Source: a virus
IMG/VR virus record: IMGVR_UViG_3300045988_087733
Location: 1 to 36,586 of that record
DNA length: 36,586 nucleotides
Strand: one strand, 5' to 3'
Shown here in pieces: positions 15,328 to 26,000 of the stretch. The notes beneath the pieces are model-generated. The model worked only from the letters and a program-made list of their open reading frames with translations, was not told the origin of the DNA and searched no databases. The stretch's first letter is position 1. Every line of letters begins with the position of its first letter. The translations under genes were made by a program, and so were the position numbers.

Positions 15328-17034
15328 ATGGATTTAAATGAATTAAAAGAAACTGATATATGGGAATTATATGAAAAAGGTAGAAACTATAATCGACTAA
15401 AGAATCTATATTCAGATACTGATAAGAATTATAGAATGTACAATGGCAATCAGTGGGCTGGATTAAAGATTAGTGGAATAGAGCCTATCCAGTTAAATAT
15501 AATTAAACCTATAGTTAAATATAAAATATGTGTTATAAACGAGAATGAGTTTATGGCTGTATATAGTGCAGAAAACTTTGAAAATAAAGAGTTTAAAGAA
15601 GTGGCAAATAAAACTTGCGAACTTCTTAATAAATTAGCTGCTAAAACATGGGAAAAAAACAATATGGACTATAAGACTAGAGCCATAAGTAAACATTCTG
15701 CTATTAATGATGAATGTCCTATTTATGTAGATTATGATGAAGAAACAAATTTGCCAATAGTTGAAATATTGTCAAAAAACGATGTGTATTATGGTAATGA
15801 AAATGATTCAGATATACAAAACCAACCATATATTTTAATCAAACATAGAAAACCAGTTATTAATACTATTGAAATGGCTAGGTTATCAGGAGTGTCAGAG
15901 GACAAACTAAAGTATATAGTTGGTGATAATGATACTTTTGAAGAGGCTGGAGAAGATTCTAGAGAAGAAAAAGATGATATGGTGACTATCATCACTAAGC
16001 TATATAAAGAAAATGGTACAGTCCATTTTAGTCAAGCAACAAGATATTGTGATATTAGAGAAGACAAGGACACTGGACTAACCCTTTATCCGTTAGAGCA
16101 TATGCTTTGGGAAGAAAAAGAGGGATATGCTAGGGGAGAAGGCGAGGTTAGATATTTAATACCTAATCAATTAGAGATTAACAAAACCATAATGAGAAGA
16201 TTAATATCTGCCAAAACTACTGCTTATCCACAAAAGGTTGTTGATGTATCTAAAGTTCAAAACCCTAATGCAATAGACAAAGTCGGAGGCACTATTAAGG
16301 TTAATGGCCAAACTGTAGATGATGTTAAAAAAGCAATTGGAGTTCTTCAACCAGCACAGATGAGTGCAGATGTCGAAAAGGTAATGAATGAGTTAATATC
16401 TACTACTAGAGAATTAGCAGGTGCGGGTGATATCGCTACTGGTGATGTTAATCCAGAAAGTGCAAGTGGCAAAGCAATACTTGCAGTTCAAAGAGCCTCA
16501 CAAATGCCTGTAACCGAACAAACAATATCACTAAAAGCAACTTTAGAAGGATTAGCAAGAATATGGTTAGATATGTGGAAAACATATGCTACAGATGGTT
16601 TAGTAATAGACTATGAAGAATCTAATCCAACTACTGGGGAAGTAAGCTCTAGACCGGTTAAAGTACCTTATAGTGTATTACAAGAACTACAAGCAAATGT
16701 AAAGATAGACATTACACCTAAGAGCCCTTATGATAAATATGCGCAAGAGTTATCGTTAGAAAATATGTTAAAGGCAGGATACTTTACTGCTGAAAAACTA
16801 GCAGAACTAGAAGTATATGTAAGTCTACTAGATGATGACAGTTCGATGCCTAAATCTAAGTTAGAAGAAGCAATAAAGAAAATGAAAGAATCTCAGCAAA
16901 GAATAGCAGACATTCAGACACAGGCTCAGCAATTAAAAATGCAAGCCAATAATTTTATTGCTAATCAGCAAGATATAACAGGTATAGGGCAATATGGAAA
17001 TCAATTAATTAATCAAGCAATGGCTACTAGATAG
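15328..17034 (+). CDS. Portal protein
   Basis: 568 aa; LNIIKPIVKYKICVINENEF, C-terminal QQRIADIQTQAQQLK; position after terL. Confidence 0.85.
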   Translation: MDLNELKETDIWELYEKGRNYNRLKNLYSDTDKNYRMYNGNQWAGLKISGIEPIQLNIIKPIVKYKICVINENEFMAVYSAENFENKEFKEVANKTCELLNKLAAKTWEKNNMDYKTRAISKHSAINDECPIYVDYDEETNLPIVEILSKNDVYYGNENDSDIQNQPYILIKHRKPVINTIEMARLSGVSEDKLKYIVGDNDTFEEAGEDSREEKDDMVTIITKLYKENGTVHFSQATRYCDIREDKDTGLTLYPLEHMLWEEKEGYARGEGEVRYLIPNQLEINKTIMRRLISAKTTAYPQKVVDVSKVQNPNAIDKVGGTIKVNGQTVDDVKKAIGVLQPAQMSADVEKVMNELISTTRELAGAGDIATGDVNPESASGKAILAVQRASQMPVTEQTISLKATLEGLARIWLDMWKTYATDGLVIDYEESNPTTGEVSSRPVKVPYSVLQELQANVKIDITPKSPYDKYAQELSLENMLKAGYFTAEKLAELEVYVSLLDDDSSMPKSKLEEAIKKMKESQQRIADIQTQAQQLKMQANNFIANQQDITGIGQYGNQLINQAMATR

Positions 17035-17059
17035 TTATTGCTTTTTATATGGAGGAAAT

Positions 17060-17332
17060 ATGACATTTAGTGAAGCATTAGAAAAGTTGAAAGAAGGTAA
17101 AAAAGTCGCAAGAAAGAACTGGAATGGAAAAGGAATGTTTGTTGTTAGACAAAAAGGCTATCCAGAAGGTATACCTTGCAATAAACAAACTGCAGAAGCA
17201 TTTGGATATCAAGAAGGAACTTTATTTAAATGTAGACCATATTTACAAATGAGATGTGCTGATGGCACTCATCAAATGTGGTTGGCTAGTCAATCTGATT
17301 TATTAGAAGAAGATTGGTATGTAGTTGAGTAA
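17060..17332 (+). CDS. DUF2829 family protein, Tad2-like (candidate Thoeris anti-defence)
   Basis: MTFSEALEKLKEGKKVARKNWNGKGMFVV...RPYLQMRCADGTHQMWLASQSDLLEEDWYVVE matches the DUF2829/Tad2 pattern. Confidence 0.85.
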   Translation: MTFSEALEKLKEGKKVARKNWNGKGMFVVRQKGYPEGIPCNKQTAEAFGYQEGTLFKCRPYLQMRCADGTHQMWLASQSDLLEEDWYVVE

Positions 17333-17412
17333 AAAATAGTCCAAGCATTGTAAGACTTTAAAAGAAGATGGAATAGTGAAGTCAAACACTTAAAAAAATA
17401 GGAGGAAAGAAA

Positions 17413-18276
17413 ATGAACGAAGAATATGATGTTCAAACACCTGTTACAGATGTAACTGAAAACACTGAAGCTCAATCAGTAGAAGAAAATGAGGAAGGTA
17501 TAGAGTTAACTGATACCGCTTCTCAAGAGGAAGAAAAACAAGAAGTTAAAACTTATACTGCAGAAGAAGTAGAAAAGATGGTTAATGATAGATTAAATAC
17601 TTTACTTCCAAAGAAAATCGAAAGAGAAAAAAGGAAGATGGAAAAGCAATATTCTGATAAATTAGCCAAATATGAAGAAACTGACAGTATATTAAAGGCA
17701 GGCCTTGGAACTAAAGATATCTCTGAATCTAATCAAAGAATGAGAGAATTCTATAAAGAACAAGGAATTGATATACCTGCTTATTCAAAACCTAAATATT
17801 CTGAAGAAGATGAAAAGATTTTAGGTAAAGCAGAGGCTACTAAAATCATTGATTTAGGATTTGAAGAAATGCAAGAAGAGGCAAATAGACTAGCCACTAT
17901 TGGTGTTGATAAAATGACACCTAGAGAGAAAGTTGTATTTAACACTCTTGCAGATGAACTAACTCATCAAAAACAAGTTAAAGAGTTAGCAGAATTGGGT
18001 GTGAAAGATGATGTGTTAAAAGATGATAATTTTAAATCTTTTGCTAGTCAATTTAATTCAAATACACCTATTAAAACAGTATATGAAATGTATACAAAAT
18101 TAAATCAACCTGTTAAGCCAACGGTTGAAAAGATAGGAAGTATGAAGTCAATGGCTCAAGATAAGGTTAAGGATTATTATACAGAAGATGAAATAAGAAA
18201 ATTAACTGATGAAGAACTTGACAATCCTAAAATATGGGAAGCAGTTCGTAGATCTATGACTATGACTCAAAAATAA
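17413..18276 (+). CDS. Capsid scaffolding protein (DUF4355/GP20-like)
   Basis: Glu/Lys-rich, YTAEEVEKMVNDRLNTLLPKKIEREK; upstream of the capsid gene. Confidence 0.8.
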   Translation: MNEEYDVQTPVTDVTENTEAQSVEENEEGIELTDTASQEEEKQEVKTYTAEEVEKMVNDRLNTLLPKKIEREKRKMEKQYSDKLAKYEETDSILKAGLGTKDISESNQRMREFYKEQGIDIPAYSKPKYSEEDEKILGKAEATKIIDLGFEEMQEEANRLATIGVDKMTPREKVVFNTLADELTHQKQVKELAELGVKDDVLKDDNFKSFASQFNSNTPIKTVYEMYTKLNQPVKPTVEKIGSMKSMAQDKVKDYYTEDEIRKLTDEELDNPKIWEAVRRSMTMTQK

Positions 18277-18306
18277 TTTCTATCTATATAGAAAGGATGT
18301 GTTAAA

Positions 18307-19164
18307 ATGGCTGTAACTAATTTCCAACAAATGATTTGGAGTAAATCAATTTTAAAAGCATTGGATACCATTACATCTCTAAGAAACCATTGTGATTTCA
18401 AATATGAAAAGGATAGCAAGAATGCTAAAGAAGTAAAGATTTTAAGTGTTTCTAGACCTACTATAAAGAATTATGTTAAAGGTACAGAAATAGAACTTGA
18501 AGGTTTAACTGATTCTAGTCAACTATTGCAACTTAATCAATACAGATACTTTAATTTTGAGGTTGAAGATATTGACAAAGCACAATCAGTTCCTGGTTTA
18601 ATGGAAGAAGCTTCAAGACAATCTGCTATCGGATTAAAAGAAGAAGGAGATAAATATGTTGCTTCTATTGTAAAAACTGCAACAGAGGCTACATCAGATG
18701 CTTTAGCACAAAGTTCATCAGTTATTGCATTAACTGCAAGTAATGCTATGGCTAGTGTTGAAGCAGGATTTACTAAATTATATGAGAATAATGTTCCAGT
18801 ATCAGAATCATTATATCTTGAAGTATCTCCAAAAGTCTTTACTACTTATAGACAATCTTTAACCGAACTATCTACAAATAATCCTGAAATAATCAAGAAA
18901 GGTGCTGTTGGTAAGATTAACAATGCTTTTGTTTGCATTGAAAATCTATTACCTACTGGTAAAAAGGCTGCTGCTTCTACTACTGATGATGTAACTTATA
19001 ACATCTTAAGAACAGGAAAAGCTATTGCTTTTGCTGAACAAATTGAAAAGGTAGAAGCATATAGACCAGAAAAAGCTTTCCAAGATGCATTAAAAGGATT
19101 ATATGTATTCGGTGCTAAAATTGTTAACCCTAAAGAAATCTATATAATGAAAACTGAGATGTAA
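18307..19164 (+). CDS. Major capsid protein
   Basis: 285 aa; MAVTNFQQMIWSKSILKALDTITSLRNHCDFKYE, follows scaffold; strong RBS. Confidence 0.85.
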   Translation: MAVTNFQQMIWSKSILKALDTITSLRNHCDFKYEKDSKNAKEVKILSVSRPTIKNYVKGTEIELEGLTDSSQLLQLNQYRYFNFEVEDIDKAQSVPGLMEEASRQSAIGLKEEGDKYVASIVKTATEATSDALAQSSSVIALTASNAMASVEAGFTKLYENNVPVSESLYLEVSPKVFTTYRQSLTELSTNNPEIIKKGAVGKINNAFVCIENLLPTGKKAAASTTDDVTYNILRTGKAIAFAEQIEKVEAYRPEKAFQDALKGLYVFGAKIVNPKEIYIMKTEM

Positions 19165-19167
19165 AAT

Positions 19168-19189
19168 AAGAGGAGCAATCCTCTTTTTA
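19168..19189 (+). terminator. Intrinsic terminator after the capsid gene
   Basis: AAGAGGA-GCAA-TCCTCTT, 7-bp stem with GNRA-type loop and T run. Confidence 0.75.
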
Positions 19190-19190
19190 T

Positions 19191-19265
19191 TGCCATATGG
19201 TGAAGTGGTAACACATTGCACTTTGACTGCAACATTCCCTAGTTCGAATCTAGGTATGGCAACCA
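19191..19265 (+). tRNA. tRNA-Gln (anticodon TTG), CCA encoded
   Basis: Acceptor TGCCATA/TATGGCA, D-arm GTG/CAC, anticodon stem TTGCA/TGCAA with loop CTTTGAC, T-arm CCTAG-TTCGAAT-CTAGG, then A-CCA. Confidence 0.93.
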
Positions 19266-19281
19266 ATTAGGAGGAAAAATA

Positions 19282-19635
19282 ATGAACAACGAATTATTTA
19301 CAATAAAACCAAGTTTAAGACAATATTACGGAAGAACTATAACTAAGGAAACTGAGTTCGATGAATATACAGATGATAAAACAGTGCATCAAACTTTAAA
19401 AGATCTAATATTAACCACTGAGATTAATAAAGAAAATGAATATGATGGAATAAAGAGTATAGAGTATAGTAAATTAACTCAAATAATACCAGAAGAAACG
19501 ATTTTAATTTGGAGCGAGACAGATGGTTATATTATTCCTAATGTACCTGTTTATAAACTAAAGGACTTGGAAAAAGAAATTAAAGAAATTAAAGAAATAT
19601 ACAAAGATAATACAGATATTAATCCAAAAGGATAG
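19282..19635 (+). CDS. Hypothetical head-associated protein
   Basis: 117 aa; ends with IPEETILIWSETDGYIIPNVPVYKL; between capsid and connector genes. Confidence 0.5.
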   Translation: MNNELFTIKPSLRQYYGRTITKETEFDEYTDDKTVHQTLKDLILTTEINKENEYDGIKSIEYSKLTQIIPEETILIWSETDGYIIPNVPVYKLKDLEKEIKEIKEIYKDNTDINPKG

Positions 19636-19643
19636 GTGATAGT

Positions 19644-20198
19644 ATGACATTACTAGAAATGAAGAAAAAAGTATTGAGACTGATTGAAGAAATTAATGAT
19701 AAAAGTGCCTTATTAACTGATGATCCTGATATAGCAAATAAAATAAATGATGTTATAAATCAGATTCAAAATGAACTTGCCAGAATAAAAAAAATACCTG
19801 CTAAAGAAGAATTAGAAGTAACTAAAGGTGATGAGATTGACTTTTCTGAGATAGCAAAGGATTTATTTCAAATTAACATTGTTAGGGGAGTTGAAAATGA
19901 TATTATAGGTAATACTATTAATTTCTATGGTGATGGTGTTGCTAAGATATATTATTATAAGTATCCTAAACAAATAACTGCTGATACAAAAGATAGTGAG
20001 TTTACTTTTGATTTATCAACAGATGTACTTGAAATAATGCCTTATGGTGTGGCTGGTGATTTACTTAAATCTGATATATCAGCTAGTTATGGACAAGTTT
20101 ATTCAAATAGGTATGAACAAATGTTACAAAGATTAGATCCAAGATTTCATACTGGTAGTATTTATCTAGAAGGAGATGATACTTATGAGTTCTTATAG
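19644..20198 (+). CDS. Head-tail connector/adaptor-like protein
   Basis: 184 aa; YKYPKQITADTKDSEFTFDLSTDVLEIMPYGVAGDLLKSD motif typical of phage adaptor proteins. Confidence 0.6.
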   Translation: MTLLEMKKKVLRLIEEINDKSALLTDDPDIANKINDVINQIQNELARIKKIPAKEELEVTKGDEIDFSEIAKDLFQINIVRGVENDIIGNTINFYGDGVAKIYYYKYPKQITADTKDSEFTFDLSTDVLEIMPYGVAGDLLKSDISASYGQVYSNRYEQMLQRLDPRFHTGSIYLEGDDTYEFL

Positions 20199-21906
20199 TA
20201 GTTCTGGTGGTGTTCCTAGTGGAGCATTAATTACTAGAAAAGTAGATAACTTTGCAGGTGTTGATTTCAGTAATAGTGATACTAATTTATCTAGAAGTCC
20301 TGATAGCTTAAATATGTGGAAAAATTACAAAAATAATAGTGCTGGAATAGAAACAAGACCTGATATGGAATTAGTAGAAGAATACAATAATACCATATTA
20401 GGTCTCTTTTTTTATGATATAGGCAATACTACTCATAAAATAGTCCATTCAGGAACTAAACTTTATGATAATGGTACTGAAATATTTAGCGGTATGAATT
20501 TAATTAGAAGTCAGGCTTTTATATTTAATAATATATTTTATATAAAAGATGGTTTAAATTATCTTGAATACAATGGAACTGAAATAAAAGAAGTAGAAGG
20601 TACTATACCAACTACAACAATAGGAGATCCTACTGGGGAGGGAACAACATATCAAGATGTAAATTTGCTTACTGGACTTAGAAAGAATCTAAGAATAGGT
20701 GATGGTGTAACGACAAAGTTTAAACTAGATACCGAAAATATAGATAGCGATTATGTAGTAACTGCTAAAGTAACTATAGGACTAGACACACTTACTTATG
20801 TTCAAGGCAAAGACTTAACAGTAAATGTTACAGAAGGAAGTATTACTTTTAATACTGCTCCTGCTAAACCTACTACTGATGGTCAACACAATGTTGAAAT
20901 ATTATTCAGAAAGACTATTCAAGGATATAGAGATAGAATTAACAAGTGTACTATGCTAGCAGTATTTGATAACAGAGTATTTTTTAGCGGAAATCAAGAT
21001 TATCCTAATGCTATTTTCCATAGTTCATTGGAAGATCCTAGATATATTAGCGATTTAGATTATTATAACGAGGGAATGGATTTAGCAAAGGTAAAGGCAC
21101 TAATACCTAGTAACAATGCTTTATGGGTGTTAAAAGAACCATCACAAGCAAATACTACAGTCTTTTATCATAATCCAGTTGTTGATAGCACATATGGAAA
21201 AATATATCCATCAGCACATTCAAGTATCAGTACTGGTTGTGTCTCTACTGGAATTAACTTTAATGATGATATAGTTTTCTTTTCTGATAGAGGTATGGAA
21301 GCAATTAGTGGAAATATTACTTCAGAGCAATTACTAGCACATAGATCTAGTATGGTTGATGGTAAATTATTAAAAGAATCAAATTATAAAAATATGATGT
21401 TAGAAGAGTGGGAGGGCTATCTTTTAGTAATTATAGATAACAAAATTTATTTAGCAGATAGTAGACAAAAATATCAAAATATAAATGTTGAATATGAATG
21501 GTATTATTGGGAGTTATCTTGCAATATTACTTGCACTTCAGTTAAAAATGGAGTGCTTTATTTATGTGGTAACAATAAGATTTATAAGTTAACCAAAACT
21601 AATGGCGAAATAAGTTCTTATTGGACTACTAAGCATGATGATTTCAAATATCCAGAATATCAAAAAACAACTAATAAAAGAGGCGGTACTGCTGAAGTAA
21701 AAGGTGAAAGTATAAAGATAGAGGTCAAAACAGATAATAACGACTTTGAAGAGGTTAATACTTATGACAATGTTAAGGGATACATAGTTTATAGAATTAA
21801 AAAGAAGAAATGGAAACGATTACAAATGAAATTCAGCTCTACTAAACCATTTGGTTTAAATAATTATACATTAGAGTCATTTGTAGGTGGATATGTAAAG
21901 AGGTGA
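20176..21906 (+). CDS. Podovirus-like tail nozzle/stabilisation protein
   Basis: 576 aa; DNFAGVDFSNSDTNLSRSPDSLNMWKNYKNN...TRPDMELV followed by repeated blades; position after connector. Confidence 0.55.
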   Translation: MILMSSYSSSGGVPSGALITRKVDNFAGVDFSNSDTNLSRSPDSLNMWKNYKNNSAGIETRPDMELVEEYNNTILGLFFYDIGNTTHKIVHSGTKLYDNGTEIFSGMNLIRSQAFIFNNIFYIKDGLNYLEYNGTEIKEVEGTIPTTTIGDPTGEGTTYQDVNLLTGLRKNLRIGDGVTTKFKLDTENIDSDYVVTAKVTIGLDTLTYVQGKDLTVNVTEGSITFNTAPAKPTTDGQHNVEILFRKTIQGYRDRINKCTMLAVFDNRVFFSGNQDYPNAIFHSSLEDPRYISDLDYYNEGMDLAKVKALIPSNNALWVLKEPSQANTTVFYHNPVVDSTYGKIYPSAHSSISTGCVSTGINFNDDIVFFSDRGMEAISGNITSEQLLAHRSSMVDGKLLKESNYKNMMLEEWEGYLLVIIDNKIYLADSRQKYQNINVEYEWYYWELSCNITCTSVKNGVLYLCGNNKIYKLTKTNGEISSYWTTKHDDFKYPEYQKTTNKRGGTAEVKGESIKIEVKTDNNDFEEVNTYDNVKGYIVYRIKKKKWKRLQMKFSSTKPFGLNNYTLESFVGGYVKR

Positions 21907-21912
21907 TAAAAT

Positions 21913-23016
21913 ATGGCAATTTATGATGTTAATTACGATGACAAAAGGTTCAAAAATGTCGAAAATGAAAAACAAAGTGAATTAAATAAATATAATGAAA
22001 CTTATGATAATTTAATAAATGAAAGAAATAACTTTACTAAAGAACAACAGGATATGGTTGATAGATGGGAGAACACTCAAAAAGATGTAGCAAATAAAAA
22101 TCTTGAATATCAGAAAGATTTAATCGAACAACAAAGAAAAAAATCTGAACAAGCATATCAAAATGAGGCTAAAGCATCTTATATTGATTACCAAAAAGAA
22201 GTTGATAAATATGGTGTTAGTAGAGAAAATGTTGTAAACAACGGACTATCTAATAGTGGTTATGCTGAAAGTTCAAAAGTTGATATGTATAATACTTATC
22301 AAAATAGACTTGGTACTGCTAGAAAGAGTATGCAAGATGCTGGAATAGAGTTTGATAATGCAATTAGACAAGCACAATTATCTAATGATGAAACACTAGC
22401 CCAAAATGCTTTAAAAGCATTACAAGATAAATTAAATATTGCATTAGAAGGATTTAATTATAAAACAGAGCAGGAAAATAACAGATTGAATTGGAATAAT
22501 ACAATTAATAATAATTATTACAATAGATATAAAGATGTTGAAAGTCAAATTAATTATGAAAATGAAACTGCTGAGAAAATTAGACAATACAATGAGAATA
22601 TGGCTTTTCAAAAGGAACAACAAAGATTAGAACAACAAAGATGGGAACAACAAATGGCATACCAAAGAGAACAAGATGCTATTGCTAATGCCCAAAAATG
22701 GGCTAGTATAAATGCTAGTTATAGCGGTGGTGGAAGTTCTTTGTCAGATGGTGGAAGCCTTAATGATGGTGGCAATAGTAGTTCTTCTAGTAGTTCGTCA
22801 TCAAATAATAATTTAATAAAGAGTAAATATAATAGTTGTCCAGCATTATCTAGCAAAAAAGCTAATAACTGGTCTAATTCTAATATATTTACTTCTAATA
22901 CTATAAGAAATGGTATTTCTGAATCCGAATTAGAAAACAAAATATCTGCAGGTTTAAAAAATAAATCTATTACTAAAAAAGATGCAGATAAAATATTAAC
23001 TTGGTTTGGCCTATAA
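21913..23016 (+). CDS. Putative internal virion/ejection-associated protein
   Basis: 367 aa; long Gln/Glu-rich helical region and Ser/Gly/Asn-rich linker; between nozzle-like and giant protein. Confidence 0.4.
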   Translation: MAIYDVNYDDKRFKNVENEKQSELNKYNETYDNLINERNNFTKEQQDMVDRWENTQKDVANKNLEYQKDLIEQQRKKSEQAYQNEAKASYIDYQKEVDKYGVSRENVVNNGLSNSGYAESSKVDMYNTYQNRLGTARKSMQDAGIEFDNAIRQAQLSNDETLAQNALKALQDKLNIALEGFNYKTEQENNRLNWNNTINNNYYNRYKDVESQINYENETAEKIRQYNENMAFQKEQQRLEQQRWEQQMAYQREQDAIANAQKWASINASYSGGGSSLSDGGSLNDGGNSSSSSSSSSNNNLIKSKYNSCPALSSKKANNWSNSNIFTSNTIRNGISESELENKISAGLKNKSITKKDADKILTWFGL

Positions 23017-23028
23017 GGTGGTGATTAT

Positions 23029-26000
23029 ATGAGTAGTATTCGAGAGAGATTACTTGGAAAATCAAAAGGCAATTCTAGTATAAGAGATAGACTAGAATTG
23101 AATAGTTCATATTATAAACAAGAATATAATGATCAATTATCAAAAAGAAATAATATTCAAAAAGATATACAAAAAAACACTTATGAAAAGGGAGTCCAAA
23201 CTACAGTAACTCCTTTTTCAACACAAAGAAATATTTTACCTATTCAAGAACAGACTGAAATTACTAAAAGCAAAAGATTTGAAGTAACTGCTGGTCAAGA
23301 TAAATTGGGGCAAAATAAAAGCATAGAAAATAAGTATCAAGAAATAAAAAAATCAAATGAATATAAAAATCAGATGAAACAATTAGAAGAGCAATCAAAT
23401 GAAGTCGGTTATGCTAAATATAATTACGATAAACAAAGAATTGCAGAAGATGATATTGGCTGGTATGATAAATCTATAGGAAGATTTACAGGCGGTATAG
23501 GAAGTCTTTTTGATTATAATGGTGGATTAATAAAAAATGAAAATGGTGACTTAGAATATTTACCTACATTTAATCAAATGAAACACCAAAAGGTTAAAGA
23601 AAATTATAAAACTGGTATAGGTAGATTTGCCGGTGATGTTTTATATGAAAGTGGTAAAATAGCAGGATCAACATTAATTAATCAAGCTTTACCTGGTGTT
23701 GGTTCTACTATGTATTTTGGAAAAATGTTTGTGGACAGTACCAATCAAGCAGTTTCAGATGGTTATGATACTAGTAGTGCTACAATGTATGGTTTGGTTA
23801 ATGTTGGACTTGAATATGGTGTTGGTAAGATACTCGGTAGTGCAACTAAAGGCTTAACCGGAGGAAAAAATGGTGATTATGAAGAATTATTAAAGAAAAC
23901 ATTTACTAATATAACAAAGAAGCCTAAAATTGCAAATATTTTAGCAAATGCAGGCAGTGAGGCTACTGAAGAATTTGTTCAAGAATATTTAGATAATATT
24001 AGCAAATTGCTTATTTTAGATAAAAATACCAATATTAAAGATTATGCTTCTGTTTTCTTAGATGGTGATGTACTTTCTGATGCTTTATATTCTGCTGCTA
24101 TAGGTGGTGTTACAGGTGGAATTATAGGTACTGCTACTGGCAAAGACACAAATGTAGAGAATAAAGATGTAAATCTATATAAGACATTTAAAGAAGAGTT
24201 AGAAGAAACAAAGAAAAATACTACAAACAAAGAAACCATTAATAAAATAGACACAATTATTTCTAATATTAATAGTAATATTAATAATAATTCAAATGTT
24301 AATGCTAATGTAGATACGATAACTTCACAAATTAGTGAATATGAAACATTAAAAGAACAAAATAAATTGACTAATGAACAAGAAATAGAATTGAACGAAC
24401 TTAAGAATCAATTAAGTGCTATTCAAAATCAAAATACTGACACAAGTACTTCCATAAAAGAAGAGGCAAACTTACCAACAGTACAAGATATAGTTAATCA
24501 AGAAAAATCAAGTCAAAGTGGTATTAATTTGCCAGTATATAATCAACAAAGTAATATTAATAACTCTGATAAGGCTATTTTGCCAACTGTGAACGATTTT
24601 AATAGTTCTAATATGAATATGCCTATTAGTGATATAAAGGTTGATATGGCTAAAATAAGCCCTGAAATATTAAATGATATTAAAGGATTTAAATTAGGAG
24701 ATCCTAGTATTGAAAGTTATAAAGGTAGTTACATTAAAACAATGTTAAATGAAGTTGGTATAAAAGTGCCTACTGCTATGAATTATGTAAGTGAAGTAAG
24801 ACCAGACATGAGTTTTACTACAACTAAAGATTTAACTAGACAACAATATGCTTCAATTGGAAATGCTCTTCAAAAACTAAGAAGTGTAGATGTGACTGGT
24901 GTTAATAATGCTAATTATAGTATTCCAATAGGCAATTATCAATATGTTAAAAGCTCTAATGCAAATATAAATGAATTAAGAAGGACTGCAAGTATGTATT
25001 TAAACAATACTGCTAGATCGAACAATACTATTAAGTTGCTAGAGAATATAATAAAAGATAGGAATTATATAATAAGATTCAATCCTAATATAACTAATGA
25101 ACAAGGTGTACCTGTTAATGGATTAATTACAAAAGAAAATGGTAAAACCATAATTGAATTAAATCCTAATGCTGATAATTATGTTGAATTTTTGGTTGTT
25201 CATGAAATAACTCATGACATAGCAACAAAAGAAATGAAGGAATTAATACTTGATTATGCTAAACAAGATCCTGAGTTTGAAAAATCATTAGAATCATTAA
25301 AAGAAAGATATAAAACTAATGATGTATCAGACGAAATTGTAGCAGATGTATGCGGAGAACTATTCGGTAATAGAGAATTTATTCAGTCAGTAGTAGAAAA
25401 GAAGCCTAATATATTTAAGAAAATACTTAATAATATTAGGAAATTAGCAGAAAAAATTAAAGGCACTGGTGCTAATGAATACGTGAATTTTGTTGAAAAC
25501 TTAAAAGAAATGTGGGAAGATGCTTATTATAGTAATAAGAGTAACCTTAAGAAAACTGAATATATGATGACAGGAATAAAAGGTGCTAGAAATGCTATAA
25601 AAAATGATAGTTATAATCAATTTTTAAATGACAATTATAATAAAGCATTAATATATAAGAAAAATAATATTGAAAATGAGCAAATTCGTAGAAGGACTGG
25701 ATGGTTTCAAGACAGCAAAGGTGATTGGAAATTTGAGCTTAGTGATGACGAGGCCAAAATTATTAAGAAATTAGAAAAAAATAATACATATCAATTGAAG
25801 GAAATATTAGAACATAATGATTTATATGAAATGTATCCTAATTTAAAAAATAATAAAGTTAAATTTACTGATTTTGGCATAAGAACTGATGAAAATGGAA
25901 AAAAATACATAAAAAAAGGTAGAATTAATAATATAACAAATACTATATCATTGAATAATGAATTAATATCTAAGGGAAATGATGCAGTATTAGACACATT

